From Patescibacteria group bacterium (lineage in GTDB: Bacteria > Patescibacteriota > UBA1384 > GWA2-35-9 > JBASTP01), in contig JBASTP010000009.1 in NCBI GenBank assembly GCA_049274945.1, positions 4,441 through 68,440 of the forward strand: a stretch of 64,000 nucleotides of DNA. Reading direction: 5' to 3'. Shown piece by piece: positions 52,015 through 62,323 of the stretch. The notes beneath the pieces are model-generated. The model saw only the letters and a list, made by a program, of their open reading frames with translations. It was not told where the DNA came from and did not search any database. The translations under genes and the position numbers were made by a program. How positions within the stretch are numbered: the first letter of the stretch is position 1; every line of letters starts with the position of its first letter.

Positions 52015-52343
52015 AAGTTATTATTCACGACAAAAATGTGAAGCTAAGCGGAGCCGATCGCGAGTATTGCGAGCAAAAGTTTTTAAAGTTAGAAAAGTAT
52101 GTTAACGCCGAGCCAACCATAGCCGAAGCCCATTTTGAATCCCAGCGCGGGTTGATTATGTTGCACCTTACCGTTACCCACCCTCATGAAAAAATACCCG
52201 ACCACTTTGACGAACAGGGCCATGGCTCGCGCGAGGTAGTTGATCTTGTGAAAGAACGCGCAGAGGAACACTTGCGTCGTAACCAAGAGCGTGGAAAGTC
52301 CTCCAGATTTCGCCATTTCTGGAGAAGAATTTTTAAGAGATAG
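52011..52343 (+). CDS. hpf: Ribosome hibernation promoting factor (HPF/RaiA family), GTG start
   Basis: MKVIIHDKNVKLSGADREYCEQKFLKLEKY parallels HPF N-termini; 110 aa. Confidence 0.8.
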   Translation: MKVIIHDKNVKLSGADREYCEQKFLKLEKYVNAEPTIAEAHFESQRGLIMLHLTVTHPHEKIPDHFDEQGHGSREVVDLVKERAEEHLRRNQERGKSSRFRHFWRRIFKR

Positions 52344-52390
52344 CCCTCGCAATTTGGCAAGATTTGAGTTAGAATCCGGGATAACGATAG

Positions 52391-55042
52391 ATGAAATTTC
52401 TTGAGCGTATTTTTGGTGATCCCTCACAACGAGTTGTTAAAAGGACTCGATCGGTAGTTGATCGTATCAATGCCCTCGAGCCTGACTACGAGAAATTATC
52501 CGACGCGGAATTGAAGGAACTAACGAGGAAGTTTAAAGAAAGAATAGCTAAGGGCACAACAGCTGATGAGTTGGCTCCGGAGGCTTTTGCTGCCGTGCGC
52601 GAGGCGGCCAAGCGATCAATCGGCCAGCGCCACTACGATGTGCAGCTCACCGGTGGCATGGTGCTCCACCAGGGCAAAATTGCGGAGATGAGAACCGGTG
52701 AGGGTAAAACTCTTGTGGCCACCCTGCCGCTCTACCTTAACTCACTTGCCGGCAAGGGTGTTCACCTGATTACGGTCAACGACTTTTTGGCAAAGTTTCA
52801 TGCCCAGTGGATGGGGCCGATCTATGAGGCCCTGGGTATTACGGTGGGGGCAATCGGACACGAAGCTTCGTTTATCTACCGGGGTGAGCCCCGCGAGACC
52901 GATGATCCCACCTGGCGCAACCTTTGGCCAATCTCACGCAAGGAAGCCTACTTGGCCGACATTACCTATGGCACGAACAACGAGTTTGGCTTCGACTACC
53001 TGCGCGACAATATGGTGTATTCAGCCGAGTCACGGGCACAGCGGCCGTTCCACTACGCCATCGTCGACGAGATTGATTCAATTTTGATTGATGAAGCGCG
53101 GACCCCACTCATCATCTCTGCGCCTGCCGAAGAGTCGGCTTCCTGGTACCAGCGTTTTGCCGAGCTTACCCCCAGGCTGAGGCCTGGAGAGGATGTCGAA
53201 ATCGATGAGAAGCTGCGTTCCACCACACTCACCGACCCTGGTATCAAGAAAATGGAGCAGCTCCTCGGTATGCCTAATCTGTATGATCCGCAACATGTTT
53301 CGATGGTGCACCACTTAGAACAGGCTTTGCGTGCGCAGTTTATGTACCAGAAAGACAAAGACTATGTGGTAAAAGATGGCGAAATCGTGATTGTGGATGA
53401 GTTTACCGGTCGGCTGATGCTCGGGCGGCGCTATTCAGAAGGGTTGCACCAGGCGATCGAGGCAAAGGAAAAAGTCGAGGTGAAACGCGAATCAGATACC
53501 TTGGGCACAATTTCATTCCAAAACCTTTTCCGGCTCTACCCTAAACTTGCTGGCATGACGGGAACCGCTAAGACCGAAGAAGAAGAGTTCTGGCGGATTT
53601 ACGGGCTTGAGGTGGTGGTGATCCCAACCAACCGGCCGATGGTGCGGGTGGATCACCAAGACAAGATTTATAAAACTGAGGAAGCGAAGTTCGCCGCAGT
53701 AGTGGCTGATGTTAAAGAACATTACGAGCAGGGCCAGCCGGTCTTGATCGGCACAATCTCAATTGAAAAAAACGAACAGCTCTCTAAACTCCTCAAACGC
53801 GAGGGTATCAAGCACGAGTTGCTCAACGCCAAAAACCACGAAGGTGAGGCTAAAATTATTGCCCAAGCGGGGCGCAAGGGTGCGGTAACATTGGCCACCA
53901 ACATTGCTGGCCGAGGTGTGGATATTTTACTTGGTGGCACGCCGCCTGGCGAGCAAGCCGCCACCCAAGAAGGCATGGCAACCCTGAGCAAGGATAAACG
54001 GACGATTCAAGATTGGCAGAAAGAGCACGAAGCGGTAGTCGAGGCAGGCGGGCTCCACGTGGTGGGTACCGAACGCCACGAGTCGCGCCGGATCGACAAC
54101 CAGTTGCGCGGCCGTGGCGGCCGGCAGGGCGACCCTGGCTCAAGCCAATTCTACGTTTCAATGGAAGACGATCTGATGCGTATTTTCGGCGGCGATCGGC
54201 TCAAGGCGTTAATGGATCGGCTAAAAGTGCCTGACGATATCCCAATCGAAAACTCGCTCGTTTCGAGCTCCATTGAACAGGCCCAGAAAAAAGTCGAAGG
54301 CCACAACTTCGATATTCGCAAGCACTTGCTCGAGTACGACGATGTTTTGAATAAACACCGCGAAGCGATCTACAAGAAACGCGGTTTTATTCTGGAAGGA
54401 AAAGGTAAGAACGCTGCCGGCGAGCCAATACCGCTCCACGAAGAGATTTTGGAAATCCTTGGTGATGGACGGGGTGAGTACGAGAAAAAATACGAAAAGT
54501 ACGGCGCGCAGCTGATGGACGGTTTGGAACAAACGGTTTACTTGCGGGTGATTGACACGTTTTGGATTGACCACTTGAACTTAATGTCGGATCTGCGCGA
54601 AGGGATCGGCTTGCGAGGCTACGCTCAGCGCGACCCGCTGGTCGAATATAAACAAGAAGCGTATCACCTCTACCAGCGCCTGCTACGTTCGATCGAGGAT
54701 GAAGTGGTAAATATCCTGACGAAGGTCGAAATCGCACCGCAACAAGTACCCCAACCTCAGTCCACGCCACGGCAACCTCAACAAATCCCCACGGCCGAGA
54801 AAATTGTTGAGGTAACACCTCAACCTACTGAGCCGTTAAAACCAGAACCAAAACTCCAGCCCAAGTCCTCAGGCGTAACGGTGACGGTTCGTAAAAAAGG
54901 AGAGAAGTCGATTACTCAATCACTTAATAACTCAGCCACTCAACCACTCTCACAATTACCCTCTGCTATTCCCAAAGTCGGTAGGAACGAGCCCTGTCCA
55001 TGCGGCAGCGGGAAAAAGTTTAAGCGGTGCCACGGCGCCTAA
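52391..55042 (+). CDS. secA: Preprotein translocase ATPase SecA
   Basis: [18 protein letters not shown]...; Walker [15 protein letters not shown]; DEAD-like [19 protein letters not shown]; C-terminal zinc finger [14 protein letters not shown]. Confidence 0.95.
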   Translation: MKFLERIFGDPSQRVVKRTRSVVDRINALEPDYEKLSDAELKELTRKFKERIAKGTTADELAPEAFAAVREAAKRSIGQRHYDVQLTGGMVLHQGKIAEMRTGEGKTLVATLPLYLNSLAGKGVHLITVNDFLAKFHAQWMGPIYEALGITVGAIGHEASFIYRGEPRETDDPTWRNLWPISRKEAYLADITYGTNNEFGFDYLRDNMVYSAESRAQRPFHYAIVDEIDSILIDEARTPLIISAPAEESASWYQRFAELTPRLRPGEDVEIDEKLRSTTLTDPGIKKMEQLLGMPNLYDPQHVSMVHHLEQALRAQFMYQKDKDYVVKDGEIVIVDEFTGRLMLGRRYSEGLHQAIEAKEKVEVKRESDTLGTISFQNLFRLYPKLAGMTGTAKTEEEEFWRIYGLEVVVIPTNRPMVRVDHQDKIYKTEEAKFAAVVADVKEHYEQGQPVLIGTISIEKNEQLSKLLKREGIKHELLNAKNHEGEAKIIAQAGRKGAVTLATNIAGRGVDILLGGTPPGEQAATQEGMATLSKDKRTIQDWQKEHEAVVEAGGLHVVGTERHESRRIDNQLRGRGGRQGDPGSSQFYVSMEDDLMRIFGGDRLKALMDRLKVPDDIPIENSLVSSSIEQAQKKVEGHNFDIRKHLLEYDDVLNKHREAIYKKRGFILEGKGKNAAGEPIPLHEEILEILGDGRGEYEKKYEKYGAQLMDGLEQTVYLRVIDTFWIDHLNLMSDLREGIGLRGYAQRDPLVEYKQEAYHLYQRLLRSIEDEVVNILTKVEIAPQQVPQPQSTPRQPQQIPTAEKIVEVTPQPTEPLKPEPKLQPKSSGVTVTVRKKGEKSITQSLNNSATQPLSQLPSAIPKVGRNEPCPCGSGKKFKRCHGA

Positions 55043-55052
55043 AGTAGCAGCT

Positions 55053-56039
55053 ATGAATCCAATCATTCCCCAAAAATTAAAGAGAGGCGATACCGTTGCA
55101 GTAATTGCTCCTTCTCGTTCTTTGGCAATGATTTCGCAAGAAACCCAAGATATAGCTAATCAGAGATTTGCAGAACTGGGTTTAACACTTGCCTTCGGTA
55201 AACATGTTCAAGAAAGAGACGAATTTGAATCATCAAATATAGAATCTCGTATCCAGGATCTGCACGCAGCTTTCACCGATTCTAATATCAAGGCTATTCT
55301 GACAGTCATCGGCGGTTTTAATTCCAATCAGCTCCTACGATATATTAATTGGGATTTACTTAAAGATAATCCTAAAATTTTTTGTGGCTACTCTGATATT
55401 ACGGTACTGAACAATGCGATCTTTACTAAGACTGGTCTGGTGAGCTATTCTGGGCCTCATTATTCTGCATTCGGAGAAAAGCTTTATCTCGATTACACAC
55501 TCGAATACTTTAAAAAATGTTTGATGTCCGATGAATCGTTTACTATTGAGCCGGCTAAAGATTGGTCTGATGATTTTTGGTGGAAGAATCAAGATGCTAG
55601 GGAACCAATAAAAAATGATGGCTGGCTGGTAATTAACGAAGGAAAAGCAAGCGGCACAATTCTCGGCGGAAATCTTTGTACGTTGAATCTTCTGCAGGGC
55701 ACAGAATATTTCCCATCGCTGGAAAATTCAATCCTCTTTTTAGAGGATGATGAAGAATCAATGCCATATCATTTCGATCGCGATTTGCAGTCAATTATTC
55801 ACTTGCCGGATTTTCCCAAAGTCAAAGGTTTGGTGATTGGCCGCTTCCAAAAAGCCAGCAAGATGAATAGCGAGCTACTCACAAAAATTATCAAAACGAA
55901 AAAAGAACTCGATAGCATCCCAGTGCTCGCATATGTTGATTTTGGCCATACGAGCCCCATGATTACCTTCCCAATCGGCGGAAAATTGGAAATGCAGGCG
56001 AGTGAATCCAGCTCGATCTTGCGAGTGGTAAAACATTAA
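55053..56039 (+). CDS. LD-carboxypeptidase (peptidase S66; LdcA/MccF-like)
   Basis: LKRGDTVAVIAPSRS N-terminus and S66 fold spacing; AT-rich gene. Confidence 0.75.
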   Translation: MNPIIPQKLKRGDTVAVIAPSRSLAMISQETQDIANQRFAELGLTLAFGKHVQERDEFESSNIESRIQDLHAAFTDSNIKAILTVIGGFNSNQLLRYINWDLLKDNPKIFCGYSDITVLNNAIFTKTGLVSYSGPHYSAFGEKLYLDYTLEYFKKCLMSDESFTIEPAKDWSDDFWWKNQDAREPIKNDGWLVINEGKASGTILGGNLCTLNLLQGTEYFPSLENSILFLEDDEESMPYHFDRDLQSIIHLPDFPKVKGLVIGRFQKASKMNSELLTKIIKTKKELDSIPVLAYVDFGHTSPMITFPIGGKLEMQASESSSILRVVKH

Positions 56040-56041
56040 AT

Positions 56042-56542
56042 ATGAAATTTATTTTTACAGTGAAAATTAAAGAAGGTCTAAACTGGATAGTCGCAATCCT
56101 CCGCAAGCACAAAATTCCGTTTCAAATTACAGGTGGGTTAGCTGCAAGGGTATATGGCTCAAAACGGCCGATCAACGATATTGATATAGATATTCCTGAA
56201 GAATATTTTGACCGTATCCTGAAAGATGTAAAACCATATATTATTTTTGGTCCTGCTCACTATCGAGATAAACGTTGGGATTTGCAGCTTCTCACTCTCA
56301 ACTATCATGGACAAGAAATTGATATCGGTGGTGCATATCAAACTAAGATTAATGATGCAAGAACTGGTAAATGGCGTGCGATGCCTAGCGATTTATCAAG
56401 AATAGTTAAGCACGAATTATTCGATATTACTTTGCCAGTTACTAATCCAGAGGATTTGGTAGATTATAAGCGTATGCTAGTAGGTGATCATCAAAAAGAA
56501 GATATCAGCGCTATTCTCAAATTCTTAAGAAAATCAGAATAG
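56042..56542 (+). CDS. Small nucleotidyltransferase of the ANT(2'')/Lnu(A)-like family
   Basis: FQITGGLAARVYGSKRPINDIDIDIPEE parallels ANT(2'')-Ia WIGGGWAIDARLG...HDDIDLTFP and Lnu(A) WLDGGWGVD...HRDIDID. Confidence 0.55.
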   Translation: MKFIFTVKIKEGLNWIVAILRKHKIPFQITGGLAARVYGSKRPINDIDIDIPEEYFDRILKDVKPYIIFGPAHYRDKRWDLQLLTLNYHGQEIDIGGAYQTKINDARTGKWRAMPSDLSRIVKHELFDITLPVTNPEDLVDYKRMLVGDHQKEDISAILKFLRKSE

Positions 56543-56547
56543 AGAAT

Positions 56548-56967
56548 ATGAAACTGGGCCACGTGCATATTAAAGTGCGAGACATTAAGCGAGCAGAAAC
56601 GTTTTATACCAAACTGCTGGGGTTTAAGGTGACGGAGCGATTTGAGGATCAGTATGTCTTCCTCGCCTTTGACAAAGCGCACCATGATTTAGCGCTAAAA
56701 AATGTTGGCGTTGATGCCCCTATTCCATCGCATAATTCGACCGGGCTTTACCACTTTGCATTTGAGGTGGCAAATGAGAATGAACTAAAGGCGCTATATC
56801 AAAAATTGAAACAAAACGGTATAGTGCTTACGCCCGTAGATCATGGCATATCAAAAGCATTTTATTTTTCCGATCCGGATGGTAATGGAATAGAAGTATA
56901 CGTTGATACTCGCCACAAGCGCACCGCGTGGGGCGGAAAAGAACTAGTTTTAGATTTGGAAAATTAG
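56548..56967 (+). CDS. VOC-family protein (glyoxalase / bleomycin-resistance / dioxygenase fold)
   Basis: MKLGHVHIKVRDIKRAETFYTKLLGFKV...YHFAFEV. Confidence 0.8.
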   Translation: MKLGHVHIKVRDIKRAETFYTKLLGFKVTERFEDQYVFLAFDKAHHDLALKNVGVDAPIPSHNSTGLYHFAFEVANENELKALYQKLKQNGIVLTPVDHGISKAFYFSDPDGNGIEVYVDTRHKRTAWGGKELVLDLEN

Positions 56968-57344
56968 CGCTCTAAAAGTTCTTTGATCGCGCCGAAGTAG
57001 TAATCGTCCCAGCCGTTCGCAAAACTTTTTACTTCTTCTTCTGGGAGATCGGTATGAATGAGCTCGACCCGTGTTTTGCCGTTTTCATCGGTAAGTTTGA
57101 TAGTTACCTTAGATGGTTTTTCCCAATCACCGCCAAACCAATCCTGAACCAGCTTTTTGTTTGGTACCACTTCGGTCGTGGTGCCGTGGATATCGCCGCC
57201 CCACAGGCTAAACTTGGTACCCACCTGATCGTTCATCTTCGCTGGCCCGGCACCCCAGCGATCAATAATTTTAGGGGTAACCAGCGCCTGCCACACGCTA
57301 CCAGGCGATGCGGCGATGAGGTAGGTCTTTTTAATCGTCTCCAC
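56964..57344 (-). CDS. SRPBCC-superfamily protein (AHSA1 / activator of Hsp90 ATPase-like)
   Basis: KTYLIAASPGSVWQALVTPKIIDRWGAGP...GWDDYYFGAIKELLE. Confidence 0.75.
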   Translation of the reverse strand: METIKKTYLIAASPGSVWQALVTPKIIDRWGAGPAKMNDQVGTKFSLWGGDIHGTTTEVVPNKKLVQDWFGGDWEKPSKVTIKLTDENGKTRVELIHTDLPEEEVKSFANGWDDYYFGAIKELLER

Positions 57345-57351
57345 TCATGCC

Positions 57352-59652
57352 ATGATAGTACAAAAGCTTGCTATGAGAAAGTATGCCCTCGCGTTAATTC
57401 CATTAGTTGCGATCCTTGCCTTCTGGCAAATCTACAAATTGTACCTTGGGTACGAAGATTTGGCACTGTTTTACATGCTCCAGCACCGGGCCGAGGCGTT
57501 GGCCGAACTTGCCAAGCAGCCGAACTTCAATATCTACCGCCACCATTTTTGGTTAATACCTTGGCAGTTTAAATTGTTCGACTATAATCCATTACCCTAC
57601 TATATAGTTTCGGTACTTACCTACATTGCGTCTGGTTTTATGCTCTATTGGTTTACCCGAAAGCTTGCTTCGCCTAAAAGTGCGCTCGTTGCCGCTGCCG
57701 TTTTTATGAGCGGTTACTTTGGTCTCGAGACTATTTGGTGGAGTGCGTTCAACGGCCATCAAACCTACCTGGTGATTATTTTATTGCTCGCCTCAACCGG
57801 ATTTTTGATTGAGTATGCTCAAAAGGGTAAACTACCAAACTATCTTGTGTCGCTGGTCTTGTTTGCACTTACCGTATTCCTTTTTCAGTTTCGGGCGTTT
57901 TTACTCTTTTTCCCACCGCTGATCACTCTTGGAGTATTCCGTAGGCCCGTCAAGAAGGCGATCTATGAAGCGTTGCCGTTCATCGCCATTTTTGCCCTGG
58001 CAATCGTAAAAGTTGCCGGTTCTGGGGTATCAAATATTAGTCATAGCTCAACATTGCCGATCCTCGACGGCATCAAAGCAGTAGTCGGCAATATTGGAGC
58101 ATCAGTGGTGCCGCTTAGCATATTTCTTAAGGAGGAGCTAGCAATACCGATCTATATTGTTGTTGGGCTAGCGGGAATTGGTTTGCTGGCCAAACAAGCA
58201 AAACGCTCGCAGGCTTGGGCCTGGGTGCTAGGCTATCTCATACTTACATCTGCCGCGACTGCAGGATCAGTCTTCCTGGGCGGCAGCCCAATCCTTGTAT
58301 ATGAAAACTCGGTAAGATTTATCACCCCTATTTTTTTGGGGATCGCGATTGCGATCGGCTTGAGTTACGACCACTTTGGTAAACAAAAATATACTGCCTC
58401 AATCATTTGCGGATTTATAGTGCTTAATGTCATTTTATCGAACTATTATATTGCCACACGATCCAGCCGCCACAGCGAGCTGCGCACCTTTTATATATCG
58501 CTTAAACGCGAGGTGCCTGAGTTGCCAGAAAAAGCCGTGATTCAAATTGGTTTCTTGCGCAATTCGATTGGGTCATTTACCCCAGGTTATGTGGTACCAC
58601 CGGATGCCTATATTGCCGGGCTCTATGGCAAGCACCTTGGAGACGTAAAACTATCAAGATCATTTGATGAATCAATCGAGTATTTGCGCGCTAACAGATT
58701 GAACGAGGATAACTGGTTTTTCTTTAACTACGATCAGGGAAAAATCGAAGATTTATCACCACAATTGCGTGATATTCTGAGGAGTGGCAAGGTGAATGGA
58801 CAACCATCATTCTCACCCGCACTGATTGAACTCGAGGTTCAGGCCAAATTCAAAGAAGCAGATTTTTCCTGCCCGAGCACGGCGAAAATGCTCGGGCAGC
58901 TTCACCTTAAGGCGCTACAACACCAGTGGTTCAAAAACGCGAAAGTGACTACCGTGCCGATGCTCGACGATCATAAACCTGAGCATCTCCTTGATGGTGA
59001 TTATGATACTTCCTGGACAGCGCGCGACTGGAGCCAACCGGTATTCTTCCAAGTAGAACTTCAGGAGCCCATCGCAATCGACGAGGTGCGCTGGCCCGCC
59101 TTGCCCGGCCGTCGGGCAGGGAGAATGCCAACGATATATGACATTGAACTTTCATTGGATGGCCAAACCTGGCGGAAACTTGGTACACCTCCTCTTGATA
59201 CTCCGTCGAAGTTCATTAGGGTAACGATTGATAAAACACTCGATGGGCGCTCGCCTCAAATTGACGAACTTGACATTTTTGAGAGTCCTTCGGACATTAA
59301 GTACGGTGATGACTACAAAGAGTTTGTGGAATTAAAAAAGAAACCCGTTGATTGTTTCCCGGAACTGACCACGGCCGGTAGCCTCCCGCACGCGTACGAT
59401 AGTCAGGTGACCGTTCCGATTCACTGGTTGAGTGAAGCTAATCAAACATTCCGACCGGAGCGAGAAATTAATATAACTATTCCAGCCGATGGCAAAACCC
59501 ATCGCATCAAGCTCCCTTTGAATTTCGGATTGCAGGCGGCTCGGGACCACGAGATCACCAAGATAGAAATAGGAACACCAAATCTCCCGGCCGATGTAGA
59601 ACTAAAAAATTACAAATTAATCTACCCAACTATAGCCGAACTCCTCAAATAA
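57352..59652 (+). CDS. Polytopic membrane protein (GT-C-like glycosyltransferase fold suspected) with C-terminal F5/8 type C (discoidin) domain
   Basis: About 11 predicted TM helices in the first 400 aa; DGDYDTSWTARDWSQPVFFQVELQEPIAIDEVRW matches the discoidin fold. Confidence 0.55.
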   Translation: MIVQKLAMRKYALALIPLVAILAFWQIYKLYLGYEDLALFYMLQHRAEALAELAKQPNFNIYRHHFWLIPWQFKLFDYNPLPYYIVSVLTYIASGFMLYWFTRKLASPKSALVAAAVFMSGYFGLETIWWSAFNGHQTYLVIILLLASTGFLIEYAQKGKLPNYLVSLVLFALTVFLFQFRAFLLFFPPLITLGVFRRPVKKAIYEALPFIAIFALAIVKVAGSGVSNISHSSTLPILDGIKAVVGNIGASVVPLSIFLKEELAIPIYIVVGLAGIGLLAKQAKRSQAWAWVLGYLILTSAATAGSVFLGGSPILVYENSVRFITPIFLGIAIAIGLSYDHFGKQKYTASIICGFIVLNVILSNYYIATRSSRHSELRTFYISLKREVPELPEKAVIQIGFLRNSIGSFTPGYVVPPDAYIAGLYGKHLGDVKLSRSFDESIEYLRANRLNEDNWFFFNYDQGKIEDLSPQLRDILRSGKVNGQPSFSPALIELEVQAKFKEADFSCPSTAKMLGQLHLKALQHQWFKNAKVTTVPMLDDHKPEHLLDGDYDTSWTARDWSQPVFFQVELQEPIAIDEVRWPALPGRRAGRMPTIYDIELSLDGQTWRKLGTPPLDTPSKFIRVTIDKTLDGRSPQIDELDIFESPSDIKYGDDYKEFVELKKKPVDCFPELTTAGSLPHAYDSQVTVPIHWLSEANQTFRPEREINITIPADGKTHRIKLPLNFGLQAARDHEITKIEIGTPNLPADVELKNYKLIYPTIAELLK

Positions 59653-59667
59653 GGGTAAAATATCGCT

Positions 59668-60606
59668 ATGGCACGATACCTGATAACCGGTGCAGCTGGT
59701 TTTGTGGGTGCTAATCTGGTGCGCCTCCTTGTTGGTAAGGGTACCGTTTTTTGCACCACCCATCCCAAAGATAATCTTTGGCGGCTTAATGATATTAAAA
59801 AGAAGATTTCTCTAGTACCACTTGATTTGGCCGATTTTGATGCGGTGCGAAGAGCCGTGAAAACCATAAAGCCAGATTACATCTTCCACCTTGCGGCGTA
59901 CGGCACCTATCCTTCTCAGCGAGACTTCCGAAAAATTTTTAATGCCAATACCTTGGGAACTGCCAATCTGCTAGAAGCGCTCAATCCGTTACCTTATAAA
60001 GCTTTTGTCATGACCGGCTCAAGTTCCGAATATGGTTACAAATCTAAGCCAATGAAGGAATCCGAAGTGCTTCAACCTAATTCGTTCTACTCGGCTACCA
60101 AAGGGGCGGCAACGCTGATTGCGCAAGCTTATGGAGGGGTGGAACGCAAACCTACGGTAATACTGCGGTTGTTCTCGATTTATGGCCCGTGGGAAGAGCC
60201 GGGTCGCTTTATTCCTACTGCGCTCGCAAAATGTCTAAAGGGGAATGTGCTAACGGTCACCAGTGGCAAGGAAGTACGCGATTTTGTATATATTGAGGAT
60301 ACCATCGCTGCACTACTCCTTGCCGCGAAAAAGGCTAACCAGCTTAGAGGGCAAATTTTCAACATCGGTTCAGGCAAACAAATGAAGATTACCGATGCGG
60401 CTAAAAAGATTAGCAAAATTGTTGGAACGGGTGGAAAGATTTCGATTGGCGGTTATCCAAGCCGACCCTGGGATGCTACCACTCGTTGGCAAGCAGATAC
60501 CCGCAAGTCACGGACACTACTTGGTTGGCGTCCAACAAAAAGTTTCGAGCAGGGGATAACAAAAACTGCCGACTGGCTGAAAGACTATATGGATTTATAC
60601 CAATGA
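59668..60606 (+). CDS. NAD-dependent epimerase/dehydratase (extended SDR; UDP-sugar epimerase-like)
   Basis: ITGAAGFVGANLV Rossmann motif; YSATK catalytic YxxxK. Confidence 0.85.
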   Translation: MARYLITGAAGFVGANLVRLLVGKGTVFCTTHPKDNLWRLNDIKKKISLVPLDLADFDAVRRAVKTIKPDYIFHLAAYGTYPSQRDFRKIFNANTLGTANLLEALNPLPYKAFVMTGSSSEYGYKSKPMKESEVLQPNSFYSATKGAATLIAQAYGGVERKPTVILRLFSIYGPWEEPGRFIPTALAKCLKGNVLTVTSGKEVRDFVYIEDTIAALLLAAKKANQLRGQIFNIGSGKQMKITDAAKKISKIVGTGGKISIGGYPSRPWDATTRWQADTRKSRTLLGWRPTKSFEQGITKTADWLKDYMDLYQ

Positions 60607-61412
60607 CTATTACGCAGCTTACTAAATTAACGCGCACGATGCGGCGCGAGATTATCGAGATTTCCCACCAAAACCACGGCAGTCATGTTGGTTCGTCGTT
60701 TTCGATCATCGATATTCTGTCAGCCCTTTATTTTATGGTGATGCGGGTATATCCAAAGCAGCCCTGGCACTCTAACCGAGATCGATTTGTGCTTTCGAAA
60801 GGCCACGCCGCACTGGCACTCTACACCGTACTCGCCCACCGGGGGTTTTTTTCGCCAAAACTGCTCCAAACATTTCTAAAGGATGGCAGCTTGTTGGTTG
60901 GTCATCCAGAGGGTAGAACTCTTCCTGGGGTTGAAGCTACCACTGGCTCGCTCGGCCACGGTTTATCGGTTGCCGACGGCATGGCCTTGGCGGCAAAACG
61001 GAGCGGTAAGCGTAACCGGGTATTTGTGCTCCTGTCCGATGGTGAGTGCGATGAAGGCGAGGTGTGGGAAGCAGCGCTTTTCGCGGCCCACCATAAGCTC
61101 GACAACCTTACCGTGATCATTGACTACAACAAACTTCAGGCGCTTGGCAATACTAATACGGTGCTCGAGCTGGAGCCGTTTGCCAGCAAGTGGGAAAGTT
61201 TTGGATTTTCAGTGCGACAACACGGTGGCCATAACCTGGCAACCCTTACTAAAACTCTTAGCCGGCTGCCGTTTAGGCGCGGTAAACCCTCGGTGCTCAT
61301 CGCTCAAACTACCATGGGTAAAGGGGTGTCCTTTATGGAAGATCAACTGGCTTGGCACTACCTCGAGCCAACCAAGCAGCACCTGGACCGCGCCGAGCAG
61401 GAGTTACAATGA
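60603..61412 (+). CDS. Transketolase, N-terminal (TPP-binding) subunit of a split enzyme
   Basis: HVGSSFSIIDILSALYF, LSKGHAALALYTVLA, GSLGHGLSVADGMALA; start at the ATG at 60603 overlapping the epimerase stop (ATGA). Confidence 0.85.
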   Translation: MTITQLTKLTRTMRREIIEISHQNHGSHVGSSFSIIDILSALYFMVMRVYPKQPWHSNRDRFVLSKGHAALALYTVLAHRGFFSPKLLQTFLKDGSLLVGHPEGRTLPGVEATTGSLGHGLSVADGMALAAKRSGKRNRVFVLLSDGECDEGEVWEAALFAAHHKLDNLTVIIDYNKLQALGNTNTVLELEPFASKWESFGFSVRQHGGHNLATLTKTLSRLPFRRGKPSVLIAQTTMGKGVSFMEDQLAWHYLEPTKQHLDRAEQELQ

Positions 61413-62323
61413 GAAATGATTTACTTGCGCTCCTCATAAAGAAAGTAGCGAGTGATAAGTCCGTGGTGTTCATCGTAGGAGATCTTGGGTTCGGTGTGGT
61501 TGAACCCTTTATGAAGCAGTTTCCCAAACAATTTCTCAATGCCGGGGTAGCGGAAGGTAATATGGTGGGAGTCGCCGCTGGAATGGCGCTCGAAGGATTC
61601 ACCCCGGTTTGCTACACCATTGGTACGTTTATGAGCCTGCGGCCACTTGAACAAATTCGTGATGATGTTTGCGTACGCAATCTGAATGTAAAGTTTATTG
61701 GCATCGGTGCTGGGTACGGTTACTCAATCTATGGCCCAACCCACCACAGCAACGACGATATTGGTGTTTTAAGGAATCTACCGAACATGGTAATTCTTTC
61801 TCCAGCTGATCCCCTGGAGCTTAAGGGGGCCTTTAGGGCAATGTTTAGTTATAAAGGCCCGGTGTATCTTAGATTACCGCGACGTTCGGTTGAACCGGTC
61901 CATGCTAGGCTGCCTCGTTTCAAGCTTGGGGGATCAATTATTGTTAAGCCGGGTAAGGACCGTTTTATCTTTGCTACCGGTACCATGGTTACTAACGCGC
62001 TCGAGGCCGCCAAACACCTTGACGAGCAGGGCAAGCCGACCGGCGTAGTTTCGTTTCCTACGATCAAACCGATCGACCGCAATTTCATTATTAACGTTGC
62101 CAAGCGAGCCAAACTCATTGTGACATTAGAGCCACATAGCATTATCGGTGGTTTAGGTTCCGCGGTTGCTGAAGTACTAGCCGAGGTGCCAACTAAGGGC
62201 TGGTTCAAGCGGTTGGGCTACCCGGATCAGTTTGTCCATGTGTCGGGTTCTGAAAAATACTTGGAAAAAAAATTTGGCCTCGATCCCGCTTCGGTAGCAG
62301 CTCATATTACTAAGCTTTCTTGA
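61409..62323 (+). CDS. Transketolase, C-terminal (pyrimidine-binding) subunit
   Basis: FLNAGVAEGNMVGVAAGMALEG, YGPTHHSNDDIGVLRNLPNM; the ATG at 61409 overlaps the N-subunit stop (ATGA). Confidence 0.85.
   Translation: MRNDLLALLIKKVASDKSVVFIVGDLGFGVVEPFMKQFPKQFLNAGVAEGNMVGVAAGMALEGFTPVCYTIGTFMSLRPLEQIRDDVCVRNLNVKFIGIGAGYGYSIYGPTHHSNDDIGVLRNLPNMVILSPADPLELKGAFRAMFSYKGPVYLRLPRRSVEPVHARLPRFKLGGSIIVKPGKDRFIFATGTMVTNALEAAKHLDEQGKPTGVVSFPTIKPIDRNFIINVAKRAKLIVTLEPHSIIGGLGSAVAEVLAEVPTKGWFKRLGYPDQFVHVSGSEKYLEKKFGLDPASVAAHITKLS

Noticed and set aside
51960-52023. Apparent one-base inconsistency between the printed sequence at the 51960/51961 and 52020/52021 line boundaries and the serS/hpf ORF coordinates
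   Set aside because: Probably a reading artefact on my side; the ORF-track coordinates were trusted for serS (to 52014) and hpf (from 52011). Hand-derived coordinates elsewhere may carry a 1-nt uncertainty
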